DNA of 24,165 bases, taken from Clostridia bacterium. GTDB lineage: Bacteria; Bacillota; Clostridia; Christensenellales; UBA1242. Positions within the stretch are counted from its first letter, which is position 1. Each line of letters starts with the position of its first letter. Positions 1 through 8,460 of this stretch are shown here, piece after piece. The translations under genes were made by a program, and so were the position numbers. The notes beneath the pieces were generated by a model. It worked only from the letters and a program-made list of their open reading frames with translations. It made no database searches and was not told the DNA's origin. The DNA is taken from assembly GCA_017618475.1 (NCBI GenBank), contig JAFZUF010000025.1, forward strand, positions 1 through 24,165. The letters are read 5' to 3'.

Positions 1-441
1 AGCACCAGCACCGGCGCCTGTCATAAGACCGCTTATTCCGGATGTCAGGTACATCTTTTCGTCCCTGGTCATATTAAATGAGCTGTTTATGGCAGCATTT
101 GCAACACGTGCACCACCAGCGGCTAAAGCACCAGCAGCATAAATAGGTAAGTTCTTTGCCAGCTGTTTTTGCTTTGTAACATACTGGCGTAATTCTTTTA
201 TTCGAGCAGCTGAAATTGTTTGTTCAGTTTTAATGGCTGCGCGTTCATATTCCTGCAATTGGGATGAAGTGTTCTTGGCGAACATTTGGTTCATCTCTTT
301 TACGGAAGTGTTATATGACCGCGCAAATGCCTTCTTTTGTTTATCATTTAGGTTATTGAAAGCGGCCTGCAATTGTGCAAATTGCTTTTGGTCGATTTCG
401 GTACCGAATTTTAATTTGATAAAATATTCTGGTGCAGCCAT
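1..441 (-). CDS. Probable tape measure protein, N-terminal part (runs off window; missed by ORF track)
   Basis: Open frame for 147 codons from ATG at 441 (GAGG upstream; TAATG overlap with the chaperone extension stop). Reads MAAPEYFIKLKFGTEIDQKQ...AAGALAAGGARVANAA...GLMTGAGAGA, helical and Ala/Gly-rich. Sits directly after a frameshifting chaperone gene, the canonical TMP position. Confidence 0.7.
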   Translation of the reverse strand, partial: MAAPEYFIKLKFGTEIDQKQFAQLQAAFNNLNDKQKKAFARSYNTSVKEMNQMFAKNTSSQLQEYERAAIKTEQTISAARIKELRQYVTKQKQLAKNLPIYAAGALAAGGARVANAAINSSFNMTRDEKMYLTSGISGLMTGAGAGA

Positions 442-623
442 TACTTCCTCAATGATTCCAAATAATCCAGTTCGCGCTTGTTTTTGGCTGCGTCACGCAA
501 AACCTTATTCAACAAGGTCACAACTGGCACATCATCCCGGATTAAAAAGGCTTCCATGCACTCGCGCTCGAAATCAATTGAAAAGTTCGGTATAATGTTT
601 AATTCCGAGCGTTCTAAAAAGGG
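441..623 (-). other. Programmed -1 frameshift extension (gpGT-like) of the tail assembly chaperone; slippery site C CCT TTT at 623-617
   Basis: X XXY YYZ heptamer directly before the TAG. The -1 frame stays open for 58 more codons (LERSELNIIPNFSIDFEREC...DYLESLRK) and ends at TAA 443-441, overlapping the next ATG. Confidence 0.85.
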
Positions 624-1006
624 AGTTCAATAGTTAAAACCTTTTTTAACCCTTCTCTCATAATATACAATAACTCGTCCACATCATACGTTTTAATGGC
701 TTCCGGAATTACTGGGCCACTGTTGCATTCAACATTATCGAAAACTATTTTCCAATAATTTTCAGGCATGTCAGCACCAAGCACAGCAATCTTTGCTAAT
801 GTTGAATCCAGATGTTCACCTTCCAGTTCGCCCAACCATTTGAAAAAGTTACCGATTTCCGGTTTATCATTACCGGTTTCAGCTATGTAATCGTTAACAA
901 TTTCCGGTGTATAATAAGCGGAACGCATCAGGAAGTACATTACCTGCATAAACTGATAACCGCTAACACCGCGCAAATCTTTTATCTTAAATGTGTTGTT
1001 TGCCAT
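614..1006 (-). CDS. Tail assembly chaperone (gpG-like), 130 aa
   Basis: Ends ...IELPF* on a slippery heptamer and lies upstream of the TMP-like gene. Confidence 0.75.
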   Translation of the reverse strand: MANNTFKIKDLRGVSGYQFMQVMYFLMRSAYYTPEIVNDYIAETGNDKPEIGNFFKWLGELEGEHLDSTLAKIAVLGADMPENYWKIVFDNVECNSGPVIPEAIKTYDVDELLYIMREGLKKVLTIELPF

Positions 1007-1008
1007 AC

Positions 1009-1260
1009 TTAGTCCTTTTTGTATTGTGTTAATGTTGCTTTAATTTGTTCAAGGTCAGTAATAACCTCTTCGGTGTCCAAGTTAACCAACGCTGGAACCG
1101 ATTTTACGCCATATTTTATACAAAACGGTCGCCAATCGAAATGCACTTCACTGGCGAGCAATATTGTGTATGTACCTTCGATAAATTCCATCGTTGTCAG
1201 CCAGCGCTTCAACATATCGCAGTTTGGACAACCTTCTGCTTTTAATACAAGTGTAAACAT
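1009..1260 (-). CDS. Glutaredoxin/thioredoxin-fold protein
   Basis: N-terminal CPNC (CxxC) motif and a later SVPAL cis-Pro motif; 83 aa. Confidence 0.8.
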   Translation of the reverse strand: MFTLVLKAEGCPNCDMLKRWLTTMEFIEGTYTILLASEVHFDWRPFCIKYGVKSVPALVNLDTEEVITDLEQIKATLTQYKKD

Positions 1261-1667
1261 TATTCACCATCCATAGTTACTGTTCCACCAGCAACATCAG
1301 GAGCTTCGTTCCAGTTAATATCATCCTGCCACACAATCCTTTGCTTTGTTAATATTTTGTGTTGCTGCAACAAATTAACCAAACGACCTTCTTCGTCGCC
1401 TTGGAACTGTATTTTGTTTTTAGCTGGACAATTGGTTGTACGCCATCTGTGGTGTAACTGGCCAAACTTACCATTCGCTTCATCTTGGTAAACACCGAGT
1501 TCACCATAGACACGAAAATGGGTCTTACCAGAACCCACAATTGGTGTTGAAACAATTTCGATTGGATTAAAGTAAAGCACTTCGCTTTCATCGTCCAAAT
1601 CAGTAATACGAACCTGTGAATACCCAAATACTTTTTTAAGGTCTTCCACTAACTGAGGTCTAAACAT
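1260..1667 (-). CDS. Putative tail terminator / neck protein
   Basis: 135 aa, beta-rich, immediately after the tail-completion-like gene; call is positional. Confidence 0.35.
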   Translation of the reverse strand: MFRPQLVEDLKKVFGYSQVRITDLDDESEVLYFNPIEIVSTPIVGSGKTHFRVYGELGVYQDEANGKFGQLHHRWRTTNCPAKNKIQFQGDEEGRLVNLLQQHKILTKQRIVWQDDINWNEAPDVAGGTVTMDGE

Positions 1668-2103
1668 TTTTCACTCCTTGTGTTAAACGAGCCTTTATCT
1701 TAGAAATAAACAATCCGGTATGAATCATCACATGGTTGAAACCTTTACGCGCTGCTGTGGACGGAGCATTATCACCAAACTCCTTGCGGTTAATTGGGTT
1801 GATAAATACTGCCGCCATAGCATTGCAAAATTGGCGCTCCGAAAAGATACCTTTGCTTATACCATCAACAACAATGGCAATTGCTGTTTGCAAATCCATA
1901 TTGTTTGGTGTATCAAGACCGTGCTCCAACCAGTTATACCGTTCGTTTAACTTTCTCGCCACATCCTGCAAACTTGCGCCGTTTTTGTAAAGCGCTTCTT
2001 GAAGGATACCGGCTTCGACCTCAATTTCATCAAAATAAGCTTTCACATCGCCTGCAACGACGCTACCCAATTCGCTTAAATTGATTGTCCTTGTGTCTAC
2101 CAT
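1660..2103 (-). CDS. Virion morphogenesis / tail completion protein (Mu gpG, P2 gpS-like)
   Basis: C-terminal NAPSTAARKGFNHVMIHTGLF resembles the NAPSTxxxKG...LIDTG motif of this family. Confidence 0.65.
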   Translation of the reverse strand: MVDTRTINLSELGSVVAGDVKAYFDEIEVEAGILQEALYKNGASLQDVARKLNERYNWLEHGLDTPNNMDLQTAIAIVVDGISKGIFSERQFCNAMAAVFINPINRKEFGDNAPSTAARKGFNHVMIHTGLFISKIKARLTQGVKNV

Positions 2104-2318
2104 TATAAAGTCAACATCCGTATTTTGTAGCGCAGCTTTGAAACCTCTTCTTGCAAATCGGATATGTATTCCGTTTGCTTTTCGATGATTTCATTTTTTT
2201 GGTTTATAATGCTGCGCAATGTTTCAACTTCAGTTTGTTGCTTCACCCCATGTGGATGCTCCAATGTGCATGTTATGGGTTTAGCTTCAACTTCAACCAT
2301 TTCCAGTTTTGCGTCCAT
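2103..2318 (-). CDS. Hypothetical protein with C-terminal coiled coil
   Basis: 71 aa; stop/start coupled to both neighbours. Confidence 0.65.
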   Translation of the reverse strand: MDAKLEMVEVEAKPITCTLEHPHGVKQQTEVETLRSIINQKNEIIEKQTEYISDLQEEVSKLRYKIRMLTL

Positions 2319-3007
2319 TATTTACCGTCCCCATTGTTTGTGGAACCAGGTGCTAAAGCTTCCTTCGAAAACTGTAACATCTTTTCTTCGTATTCTTGGT
2401 TAGCGGTCTTTGAACCATCACCAGGATTACCACCACCTTTTTCCATCGCTTCAACCTTTTTGATATTCTTTGCGGTATGGATACCAGTTTCAACGATGTC
2501 ATAAAAATCGGCAGCACGATTTAATTTTTCCTGGGTTGTGAACTCAGCAAACGCTTCAGCTTTCGCTTTCAATGAATCCGGCAAGTTATCCAAGTTTTCT
2601 TGCTTTTTAATATATTGTTCAATGACAGCGCGTTTCAATTCGTTTGCTTTTTCAACGTCACCAGTATATTGCTTGGTTTGCAACGCGTCAATGATTGCGC
2701 CCAAGTTTTCAGGCAGGAAATCTTTGTTGTCTTCAACAAACTGTTTCAATGTGGAGTTATATTTGAAGGCTTCCAAATAAATCTTCTTTTCAGCTTCGGC
2801 AGCAGCCTTTGCTTCTTTTTCTTTTTTGACCTTTTCTTCAGCAGCTTTCAATTTATCATTTTCAAGCTCCTGCTTTTTCTTTTCTTCTTCGGCCTTTTTA
2901 GCGGCTTCTTCGGCAGCCTTTTTAGCTTCCTCATCGCGCGCTTTCAATTTATCGTCCAGACGTTTATCAAACATGTCCAGCAACTGTTTCATTTGTTCTT
3001 CGTTCAT
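2318..3007 (-). CDS. Probable capsid scaffolding protein
   Basis: 229 aa, long E/K/A coiled coil (EEAKKAAEEAAKKAEEEKKK), flexible GGGNPGDG C-terminus, strong RBS AAGAGGT. Confidence 0.55.
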   Translation of the reverse strand: MNEEQMKQLLDMFDKRLDDKLKARDEEAKKAAEEAAKKAEEEKKKQELENDKLKAAEEKVKKEKEAKAAAEAEKKIYLEAFKYNSTLKQFVEDNKDFLPENLGAIIDALQTKQYTGDVEKANELKRAVIEQYIKKQENLDNLPDSLKAKAEAFAEFTTQEKLNRAADFYDIVETGIHTAKNIKKVEAMEKGGGNPGDGSKTANQEYEEKMLQFSKEALAPGSTNNGDGK

Positions 3008-3011
3008 AATG

Positions 3012-3230
3012 TTACCTCTTTTGGGTTGTGGTTATATTTTGCAATTCATCTTCATTCAAGTCCGGATTCGCTAACTTAACGATATGGACTAAAAACTTGA
3101 TGTGCTTATTCATCGTTTGTATTGTGGCCTGTTGTTTATCATAGGCTTCACGCAACAAACGCATTTCGGTTTGCAATGTTGCTTCGAGCTTTGCCAGCGC
3201 TGCAACATCATTGTTATTAAACATTCCCAT
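3012..3230 (-). CDS. Hypothetical coiled-coil protein (likely start 3230, MGMFNN)
   Basis: GGAGGT RBS upstream of ATG 3230; no transmembrane segment visible. Confidence 0.65.
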   Translation of the reverse strand: MGMFNNNDVAALAKLEATLQTEMRLLREAYDKQQATIQTMNKHIKFLVHIVKLANPDLNEDELQNITTTQKR

Positions 3231-3246
3231 AGTTACCTCCGTGGGT

Positions 3247-3693
3247 TTAGTCAACAATCTGGATGTACACCTTGCCGGTTTTTAACCATTTGACAATGCG
3301 GTCATCCAAATCTTTGAACGCTTTACGTGAATCCACTACTTTACCCTTTACGCGATTAAAACCAGGCAACAAACAACCTTCGGTGTCGTCTGCCGTGTTT
3401 CCTGCATGAATACGCACACCTTCAAAGTGTGGTACATTCAAAAGTAATGGAAGGTTTCTCTTGAAGCGATTGGAATACGACCGAACAATTTCATACGTGC
3501 CGTATGGAATAGCGGTCTTACCAAATACTTTTACGAAATTATTTAAGTTTGAAACAAGTTTGTTGCGAACAGTATCTTCCAATATGTCACAAATATAAAC
3601 TTCCTTGGAACCATTTTGCCAATACAATTTACCTATTGTATAGTCCGGCCCACGGAATCTCCGGTGCAAGACCAGAATATTTTGTTTTGCCAT
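3247..3693 (-). CDS. DUF5675-family protein, putative cell-wall enzyme/endolysin (L,D-transpeptidase-like His/Cys)
   Basis: YTIGKLY, TAIPYGTYEI and IHAGNTADDTEGCLLPG motifs; RBS GGAGGT. Confidence 0.75.
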   Translation of the reverse strand: MAKQNILVLHRRFRGPDYTIGKLYWQNGSKEVYICDILEDTVRNKLVSNLNNFVKVFGKTAIPYGTYEIVRSYSNRFKRNLPLLLNVPHFEGVRIHAGNTADDTEGCLLPGFNRVKGKVVDSRKAFKDLDDRIVKWLKTGKVYIQIVD

Positions 3694-3733
3694 TTATGTT
3701 ACCTCCTTGGGTGTTCACATAAATATACACTAC

Positions 3734-4009
3734 TTATTCCCACTTAAACTTGCGAATGTTTCGCGCAACCGTATCCAAGCGATGTAACTTGCGATGGCAA
3801 TATAGATGACAATCCTGACAAAGACACATGAACCGTGTCGGCGACAGGTTGGTGTAATCCGCCTTATATTTATGATGGGTGTTGAATTTCTTCGCGACCG
3901 TACAACCACATATCTCACACTTTCTCCCCTTCGATTGAATGAAACGCTCCGAAAACCGAATCCACCGTTGGCTCTTTCGAAACTCGTTCTTTTCTGTATA
4001 ACGCATCAC
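3734..4009 (-). CDS. HNH endonuclease (small, terminase-associated type)
   Basis: CEICG...THH...CLCQDCHLYCH; AAGGA RBS; near terL. Confidence 0.8.
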   Translation of the reverse strand: MMRYTEKNEFRKSQRWIRFSERFIQSKGRKCEICGCTVAKKFNTHHKYKADYTNLSPTRFMCLCQDCHLYCHRKLHRLDTVARNIRKFKWE

Positions 4010-4202
4010 TTATCCTTTTAGCACAACCGGCATCGACCATTACTTGTATTGCTCGCTCCTTGGTGCCACCCAAATGAGCGTACACATAATTCTTCGAGCC
4101 TTCGTTAATGGAACAGCATTTATTACATCGCGCATAATAACCGAGTGGAAATGTTTCATGTAATGTTATTTCACCACCACAGTTTGTACACACGACTTTC
4201 AT
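3915..4202 (-). CDS. Zinc-ribbon protein
   Basis: CTNC...CNKC; RBS AAGGAGG; overlaps the HNH gene by 95 nt. Confidence 0.6.
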   Translation of the reverse strand: MKVVCTNCGGEITLHETFPLGYYARCNKCCSINEGSKNYVYAHLGGTKERAIQVMVDAGCAKRISDALYRKERVSKEPTVDSVFGAFHSIEGEKV

Positions 4203-4213
4203 AATGCCCTCCT

Positions 4214-5503
4214 TTAATCTGTTTTGCGCACTCCAAAACCCTCTTTTATAAGCGAAACCATCGAATCAATACCGTCATCGTGTTTCGCATCATACGTATA
4301 TTCTTTAACGTTTTCTATGAACAATTGGTTCGCTTCCAGTAAACGACCACCGAAACCATCACTTGCTTTCAATTGTGTTAATGCCATGTACGGCACTTGG
4401 TCTGCAACCGAAATAATCTTTTGATGTTTATTTTGGGTGGACGTAATGGGTACACATGAAATACCTGCTTTGTATAACATGTCAGGCATTCCAGCACCAA
4501 CACCATTTTGTTCAACCAATAGTTTCTTAACCTTAAACCTTGCAAGCAATTCCGGTAGTATATCCATAATGTCAAACCAGGCTTCGTTAAACATGAAACC
4601 ACATGTAACGAATTTGTTTGTGCCCATAAATATGTTACCAATGGAAACAGCCGTGTAATCGCCCTTACCAGCAGACGGGTCAATAAACATAACATTGTCC
4701 GGACAATAATAATCCACGGTTTCAATTTTAGCGAATGCTAACGATGGGTCATCAGGAACATTCAAAAAGTATGACATTTGGATTGAACGCTCGGACACAG
4801 TTAAGCGCATTTTATCAAGGTCTGGTTTATAAATAGTACCAAAGAACTTATCAGGTATGTCATCCCAGGTTTGTTCAAATGTTAATATCTTGCCGCGCAA
4901 CACGGAATACAAATCCTTGTTACTAACTGGCTGACCAATAACACAAATGTTTGTATTCAATTTGTTAATTTCGTCCCATTTGGATTTAACCAGTCGGCGT
5001 TCAGCTTCACTCCAAGCATCGACTTCAGTTACAGGGTCGTCCATAATAATTAAATCCGGGTGTAAACCACGTAAACCACGGCCACCAAGGGTTACACCTT
5101 TACAATTCGCTTGGTTAACTGAGAACCTTTTATTGCGCAGATTTATGGTGGTACCATTATACGATTCAAGTGGTACATCAACGGCCATTAAACAATCAGC
5201 AATGGCGCGAACAATTTCCTGCACACGTTTACCTTCCTTGGTTACAATACCAATGGTGTAATTTGGATTTAAGTATAACAAATATGCGGATGTTAAAATG
5301 GTACCTTGAACCGTTTTACCAATACCACGTGTGGCTAAATATAAACGCGGTTCAGTATGCCCCCGAATAAAGTCGTGTATAATCATTTGGAAATCTTCGG
5401 GTCTGTTGTAACCGACACGTTCAGCGAAATCCCGGAACGATAACATACCTTCGCCATCGTCGCGCTTAACAAATTGCAATTTGGGTAGCTTAAACAGCGA
5501 CAT
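4214..5503 (-). CDS. terL: Terminase large subunit
   Basis: Walker A ATRGIGKT, Walker B LIIMDDP, RNase-H-like nuclease FIDPSAGKGDYTA and HDDGIDS; 429 aa. Confidence 0.93.
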   Translation of the reverse strand: MSLFKLPKLQFVKRDDGEGMLSFRDFAERVGYNRPEDFQMIIHDFIRGHTEPRLYLATRGIGKTVQGTILTSAYLLYLNPNYTIGIVTKEGKRVQEIVRAIADCLMAVDVPLESYNGTTINLRNKRFSVNQANCKGVTLGGRGLRGLHPDLIIMDDPVTEVDAWSEAERRLVKSKWDEINKLNTNICVIGQPVSNKDLYSVLRGKILTFEQTWDDIPDKFFGTIYKPDLDKMRLTVSERSIQMSYFLNVPDDPSLAFAKIETVDYYCPDNVMFIDPSAGKGDYTAVSIGNIFMGTNKFVTCGFMFNEAWFDIMDILPELLARFKVKKLLVEQNGVGAGMPDMLYKAGISCVPITSTQNKHQKIISVADQVPYMALTQLKASDGFGGRLLEANQLFIENVKEYTYDAKHDDGIDSMVSLIKEGFGVRKTD

Positions 5504-5883
5504 TATTTATTATCTCCATTTAACACCTTCATCATTTCCACAAGCAAGCGAATATCATTACCATTCAACTCCACACCTTCCTTGATGTTGGATTGTATTT
5601 TAGTATTGATATCGTGGAATGTTTTCTTCACCGCATTGACAGCATCTTCATCGGCGACCAATTGTTTTGTTTCAATGGGTTTACGAGCAAGTAACCTGTT
5701 GCGGCAATCCAGATAGCGCTCATACAATTCCGCTTTAGCATAAAACTCGCCATTTGGGTCATTACCGAAGTCCAGCTCGCCATTTTCATTTTCGTACTTT
5801 TTAAGATTTTCCTTATACCACTTGTCAAGCATTTCCAAGTCAAACGCATTAAAGTTGACAATGCTTGCTTCTTTTGTTGCCAT
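5503..5883 (-). CDS. Putative terminase small subunit
   Basis: 126 aa, helical, TAATG-coupled directly upstream of terL; call is positional. Confidence 0.5.
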   Translation of the reverse strand: MATKEASIVNFNAFDLEMLDKWYKENLKKYENENGELDFGNDPNGEFYAKAELYERYLDCRNRLLARKPIETKQLVADEDAVNAVKKTFHDINTKIQSNIKEGVELNGNDIRLLVEMMKVLNGDNK

Positions 5884-5900
5884 TATTGGTACCTCTGTTG

Positions 5901-5920
5901 GTTCATTTTATAAAATGTAC
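5901..5920. promoter_or_regulatory. 20-bp imperfect palindrome upstream of the packaging genes
   Basis: GTTCATTTTA|TAAAATGTAC, one mismatch, in the 41-bp intergenic gap. Confidence 0.35.
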
Positions 5921-5924
5921 ACTA

Positions 5925-6458
5925 TCAATCGGCTGGTTCCCACATGGTGTGATGGAAGTAATCCCATTCGCGGTGTTTATTATTTACATTTTTAATTGCA
6001 TTGATACCAATGGAAATCACATAATTAAACACGTTGAGCGCTGGCCGGTTCGTATCAACTTCGCGAAACTTTTGCAACAAGGCACAATAAGCGTCGGCAA
6101 ACAAGTCTTGTTGATAGCGATAATCATATTTACATTTACTTAACACCATACGAGCGAGGTCATTTAACATGGTTTCCGTTTCTGGTAATATGGGTAATGC
6201 TTCGCGTACAAATTCGCCGTCCTTATAATGCGAGTAATACTTTTTGTGGCGATGCCAGACGAAAAATGGTTTGCAATACAAATAATCTTGAGCATGTGGA
6301 ACACCAGCTAAACGCCGTCTTTTGCTGTTAAAAATGTATTCCTTGGGTATGTGTCCGTTGTACCATTGCAATGAACGAGTACCATCAGGTATGTCATTCT
6401 TGTATAGGTACCTCAGTTGTTCCTTCCTTATCTGCTTCCGGAGTGTTTCGAGATTCAT
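5925..6458 (-). CDS. Protein with a sigma-70 region 2-like C-terminal half (candidate late regulator)
   Basis: YQQDLFADAYCALLQKFREVDTNRPALNVFNYVISIGINAIKN matches the ECF region 2 pattern (DLxQEAFxxL...FDP....F.TY....ARNAI); no region 4. Confidence 0.55.
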   Translation of the reverse strand: MNLETLRKQIRKEQLRYLYKNDIPDGTRSLQWYNGHIPKEYIFNSKRRRLAGVPHAQDYLYCKPFFVWHRHKKYYSHYKDGEFVREALPILPETETMLNDLARMVLSKCKYDYRYQQDLFADAYCALLQKFREVDTNRPALNVFNYVISIGINAIKNVNNKHREWDYFHHTMWEPAD

Positions 6459-6915
6459 ACTCTGCCGTTCCCTCGAGACAAAAGTGTCCCTTTCTTATTC
6501 GAATCTTTGACGCGTTAGGAATATAAAAAGCCATCTCGGTGTGGTGCACTGTTTTGCACTTCCGGTGGTTTAATATTTTCTTAAACTTCCGCGCTAAGAG
6601 CAGGTCTCCATAGGAATACGCATATGGATGATGGTTAATCCAATACAGTATTCTATTGATACCGTTGACATTTAGATTTGTTGGTACTTCCATAGGTGGT
6701 TTCAAGTATAGAAAGCAACGCAACTTTGGTTGAGATTTAAGCGCTGGCCGAATCGCTCGTGAAGGCGAATACTGGTCATCCATTTTTTTACCATTCAACA
6801 ATTGGGCTTTGCATTCGTTGCGGACGCATAAAAGTATGCGATACAAAATCGGGTACTTCATACGCGGCTGTGGTTGCAGCAATTCCACGTAACGCAAGGC
6901 TTCTTTTATCATCAT
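6394..6915 (-). CDS. Hypothetical basic protein
   Basis: 173 aa; GGAG RBS; overlaps the downstream gene. Confidence 0.6.
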   Translation of the reverse strand: MMIKEALRYVELLQPQPRMKYPILYRILLCVRNECKAQLLNGKKMDDQYSPSRAIRPALKSQPKLRCFLYLKPPMEVPTNLNVNGINRILYWINHHPYAYSYGDLLLARKFKKILNHRKCKTVHHTEMAFYIPNASKIRIRKGHFCLEGTAEYESRNTPEADKEGTTEVPIQE

Positions 6916-6944
6916 GTGTTCACTTCTCCAAAACTATTTTTTTC

Positions 6945-7448
6945 TCAATAATCACCAGCTGCAACTTGGAAACATTGCAAACCCAACTGCCTCCACATTG
7001 TTACGCACTGGTCTCGGTCTTCAAACACACCCAAAACCTCATAATTATTTTTAATGGTTTGTTCAAATATTTCACGCTTTAATTTGTAATCTTGTGAATG
7101 GTCTCCATCTTTTCGCATCAAAAGGGTGCATTGGATATCAAATTCATCCTTCGAACAATCGAGCAACTTACATAACCATTTAAGCGTTTTCTCCCTATAC
7201 TGCTCCGGACGACCAGTTACAAACAAAATAACTTCACCGGTATAAACCAGTGTTCGCAACACATTCGCAACACCAACGATTTCCTCGTCCAAATCGCAAT
7301 TCTCATAAAAACCATCCCAATCAGGAACCCAATCAATTTCATCGCGATTAAAATGGATTGCACCTTCTGGTGGTTTAAGAAACTTTTCGGCACGACTTTT
7401 GCTGTTAGCAAGCGTCCCATCGATATCGAATATGTAACATGTCTGCAT
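6945..7448 (-). CDS. HAD phosphatase, T4 PNKP (PseT) phosphatase-domain-like
   Basis: IFDIDGTLA, VTGRPE, KLK, VFEDRDQCVTMWRQLGL; likely start 7448 after AAAGGA. Confidence 0.88.
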   Translation of the reverse strand: MQTCYIFDIDGTLANSKSRAEKFLKPPEGAIHFNRDEIDWVPDWDGFYENCDLDEEIVGVANVLRTLVYTGEVILFVTGRPEQYREKTLKWLCKLLDCSKDEFDIQCTLLMRKDGDHSQDYKLKREIFEQTIKNNYEVLGVFEDRDQCVTMWRQLGLQCFQVAAGDY

Positions 7449-7464
7449 TTCCAGTCCTTTTGTA

Positions 7465-7686
7465 TTATACTGGCTCCTGACCAAGGATTTGTTCATCATT
7501 TGTTAATGGTGTTAAAAGCTCGCTTATTTTAAGCGAATTAACCCAATGAAATGATTCCGCTTTTAGAACATTCCTTTTATAAATCCCATTGGGTTTCATA
7601 CCTTTATATTGCATACCACTTTTGGTTGCAATAACTGTTTTTGGGTTAGGCCAATGTGCCAACGCTTCCATTAACGTCATTGCCAT
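7465..7686 (-). CDS. Hypothetical protein
   Basis: 73 aa ORF in the packed operon, GAGGA RBS. Confidence 0.55.
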   Translation of the reverse strand: MAMTLMEALAHWPNPKTVIATKSGMQYKGMKPNGIYKRNVLKAESFHWVNSLKISELLTPLTNDEQILGQEPV

Positions 7687-8065
7687 CGCTTTCCTCCTCG
7701 ACTTGTTTTCTTGCTGTAGTACCCGAAACCTGTGAACCGGTCATGTACCACAATATTCGTTTAATATCGTTTTCAATTAACCTTTTATCCGGTAAACCAT
7801 TGTCCGCCAAAATTGAGCGCAACCTGTACAAAGCGGTTTCAACGGCCTTGGAATAATTGTCGGCACAATCCAGAACTTCAATAACATCTTCCAAATACAA
7901 CCACCGGTCAATACCAAGCAACGGAAAAGCGTTGGCTGTACCATTTGTATTTGGTCGTACTCGAACCGTAACACCGTGACGATAACCAGGCGCGATACCG
8001 AAATATGGTTTTCCACATTCAGGTAATGCTATACCACCTCTGTTCCATTTTGGAAATTGTTTCAT
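7646..8065 (-). CDS. Hypothetical protein
   Basis: 139 aa; AAGGAG RBS; ATGA overlap. Confidence 0.65.
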   Translation of the reverse strand: MKQFPKWNRGGIALPECGKPYFGIAPGYRHGVTVRVRPNTNGTANAFPLLGIDRWLYLEDVIEVLDCADNYSKAVETALYRLRSILADNGLPDKRLIENDIKRILWYMTGSQVSGTTARKQVEEESDGNDVNGSVGTLA

Positions 8066-8250
8066 TGTGTTCTCCTTTCAACCCAAATATCCATACCACG
8101 AGTGCGCGGCCAATGTTGTTTAACTTTGACAACCTTAAAATCTCCAATCAACAAATGAATGGATTCGAGGTCGCTGCTAAACAAACCAGCATATTCATAA
8201 TCGTTAACCCGAAACTTAAACCGGGGCAATTTATAAAGCTTGTCCTTCAT
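8062..8250 (-). CDS. Hypothetical protein
   Basis: 62 aa; GAAGGA RBS; coupled to the next gene. Confidence 0.6.
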   Translation of the reverse strand: MKDKLYKLPRFKFRVNDYEYAGLFSSDLESIHLLIGDFKVVKVKQHWPRTRGMDIWVERRTQ

Positions 8251-8458
8251 GTCTGTTCCTTCCTGCTATTATTGGTCGCAACAACTCGGCACATTCTTCA
8301 TTGGTAAAACGTTCCAAACCACCACCATTAAAGGTGTCCGGACGTATTCCTTTTTTGAGCTTGTCGGCCATCGCAACCAATTCATCCGTTGTAAATTGCT
8401 TGCACAACACCATTGTATAAATCAACAACGCAACCTGCATGTGTGGTTTTAATGGCAT
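8231..8458 (-). CDS. Hypothetical protein
   Basis: 75 aa; AAGGA RBS. Confidence 0.6.
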   Translation of the reverse strand: MPLKPHMQVALLIYTMVLCKQFTTDELVAMADKLKKGIRPDTFNGGGLERFTNEECAELLRPIIAGRNRHEGQAL

Positions 8459-8460
8459 TT

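Noticed and set aside
233-595. 120-aa plus-strand ORF and the many other ORFs antisense to or nested in called genes
   Set aside because: They are shadows of densely packed, RBS-bearing genes and lack RBSs or motifs.
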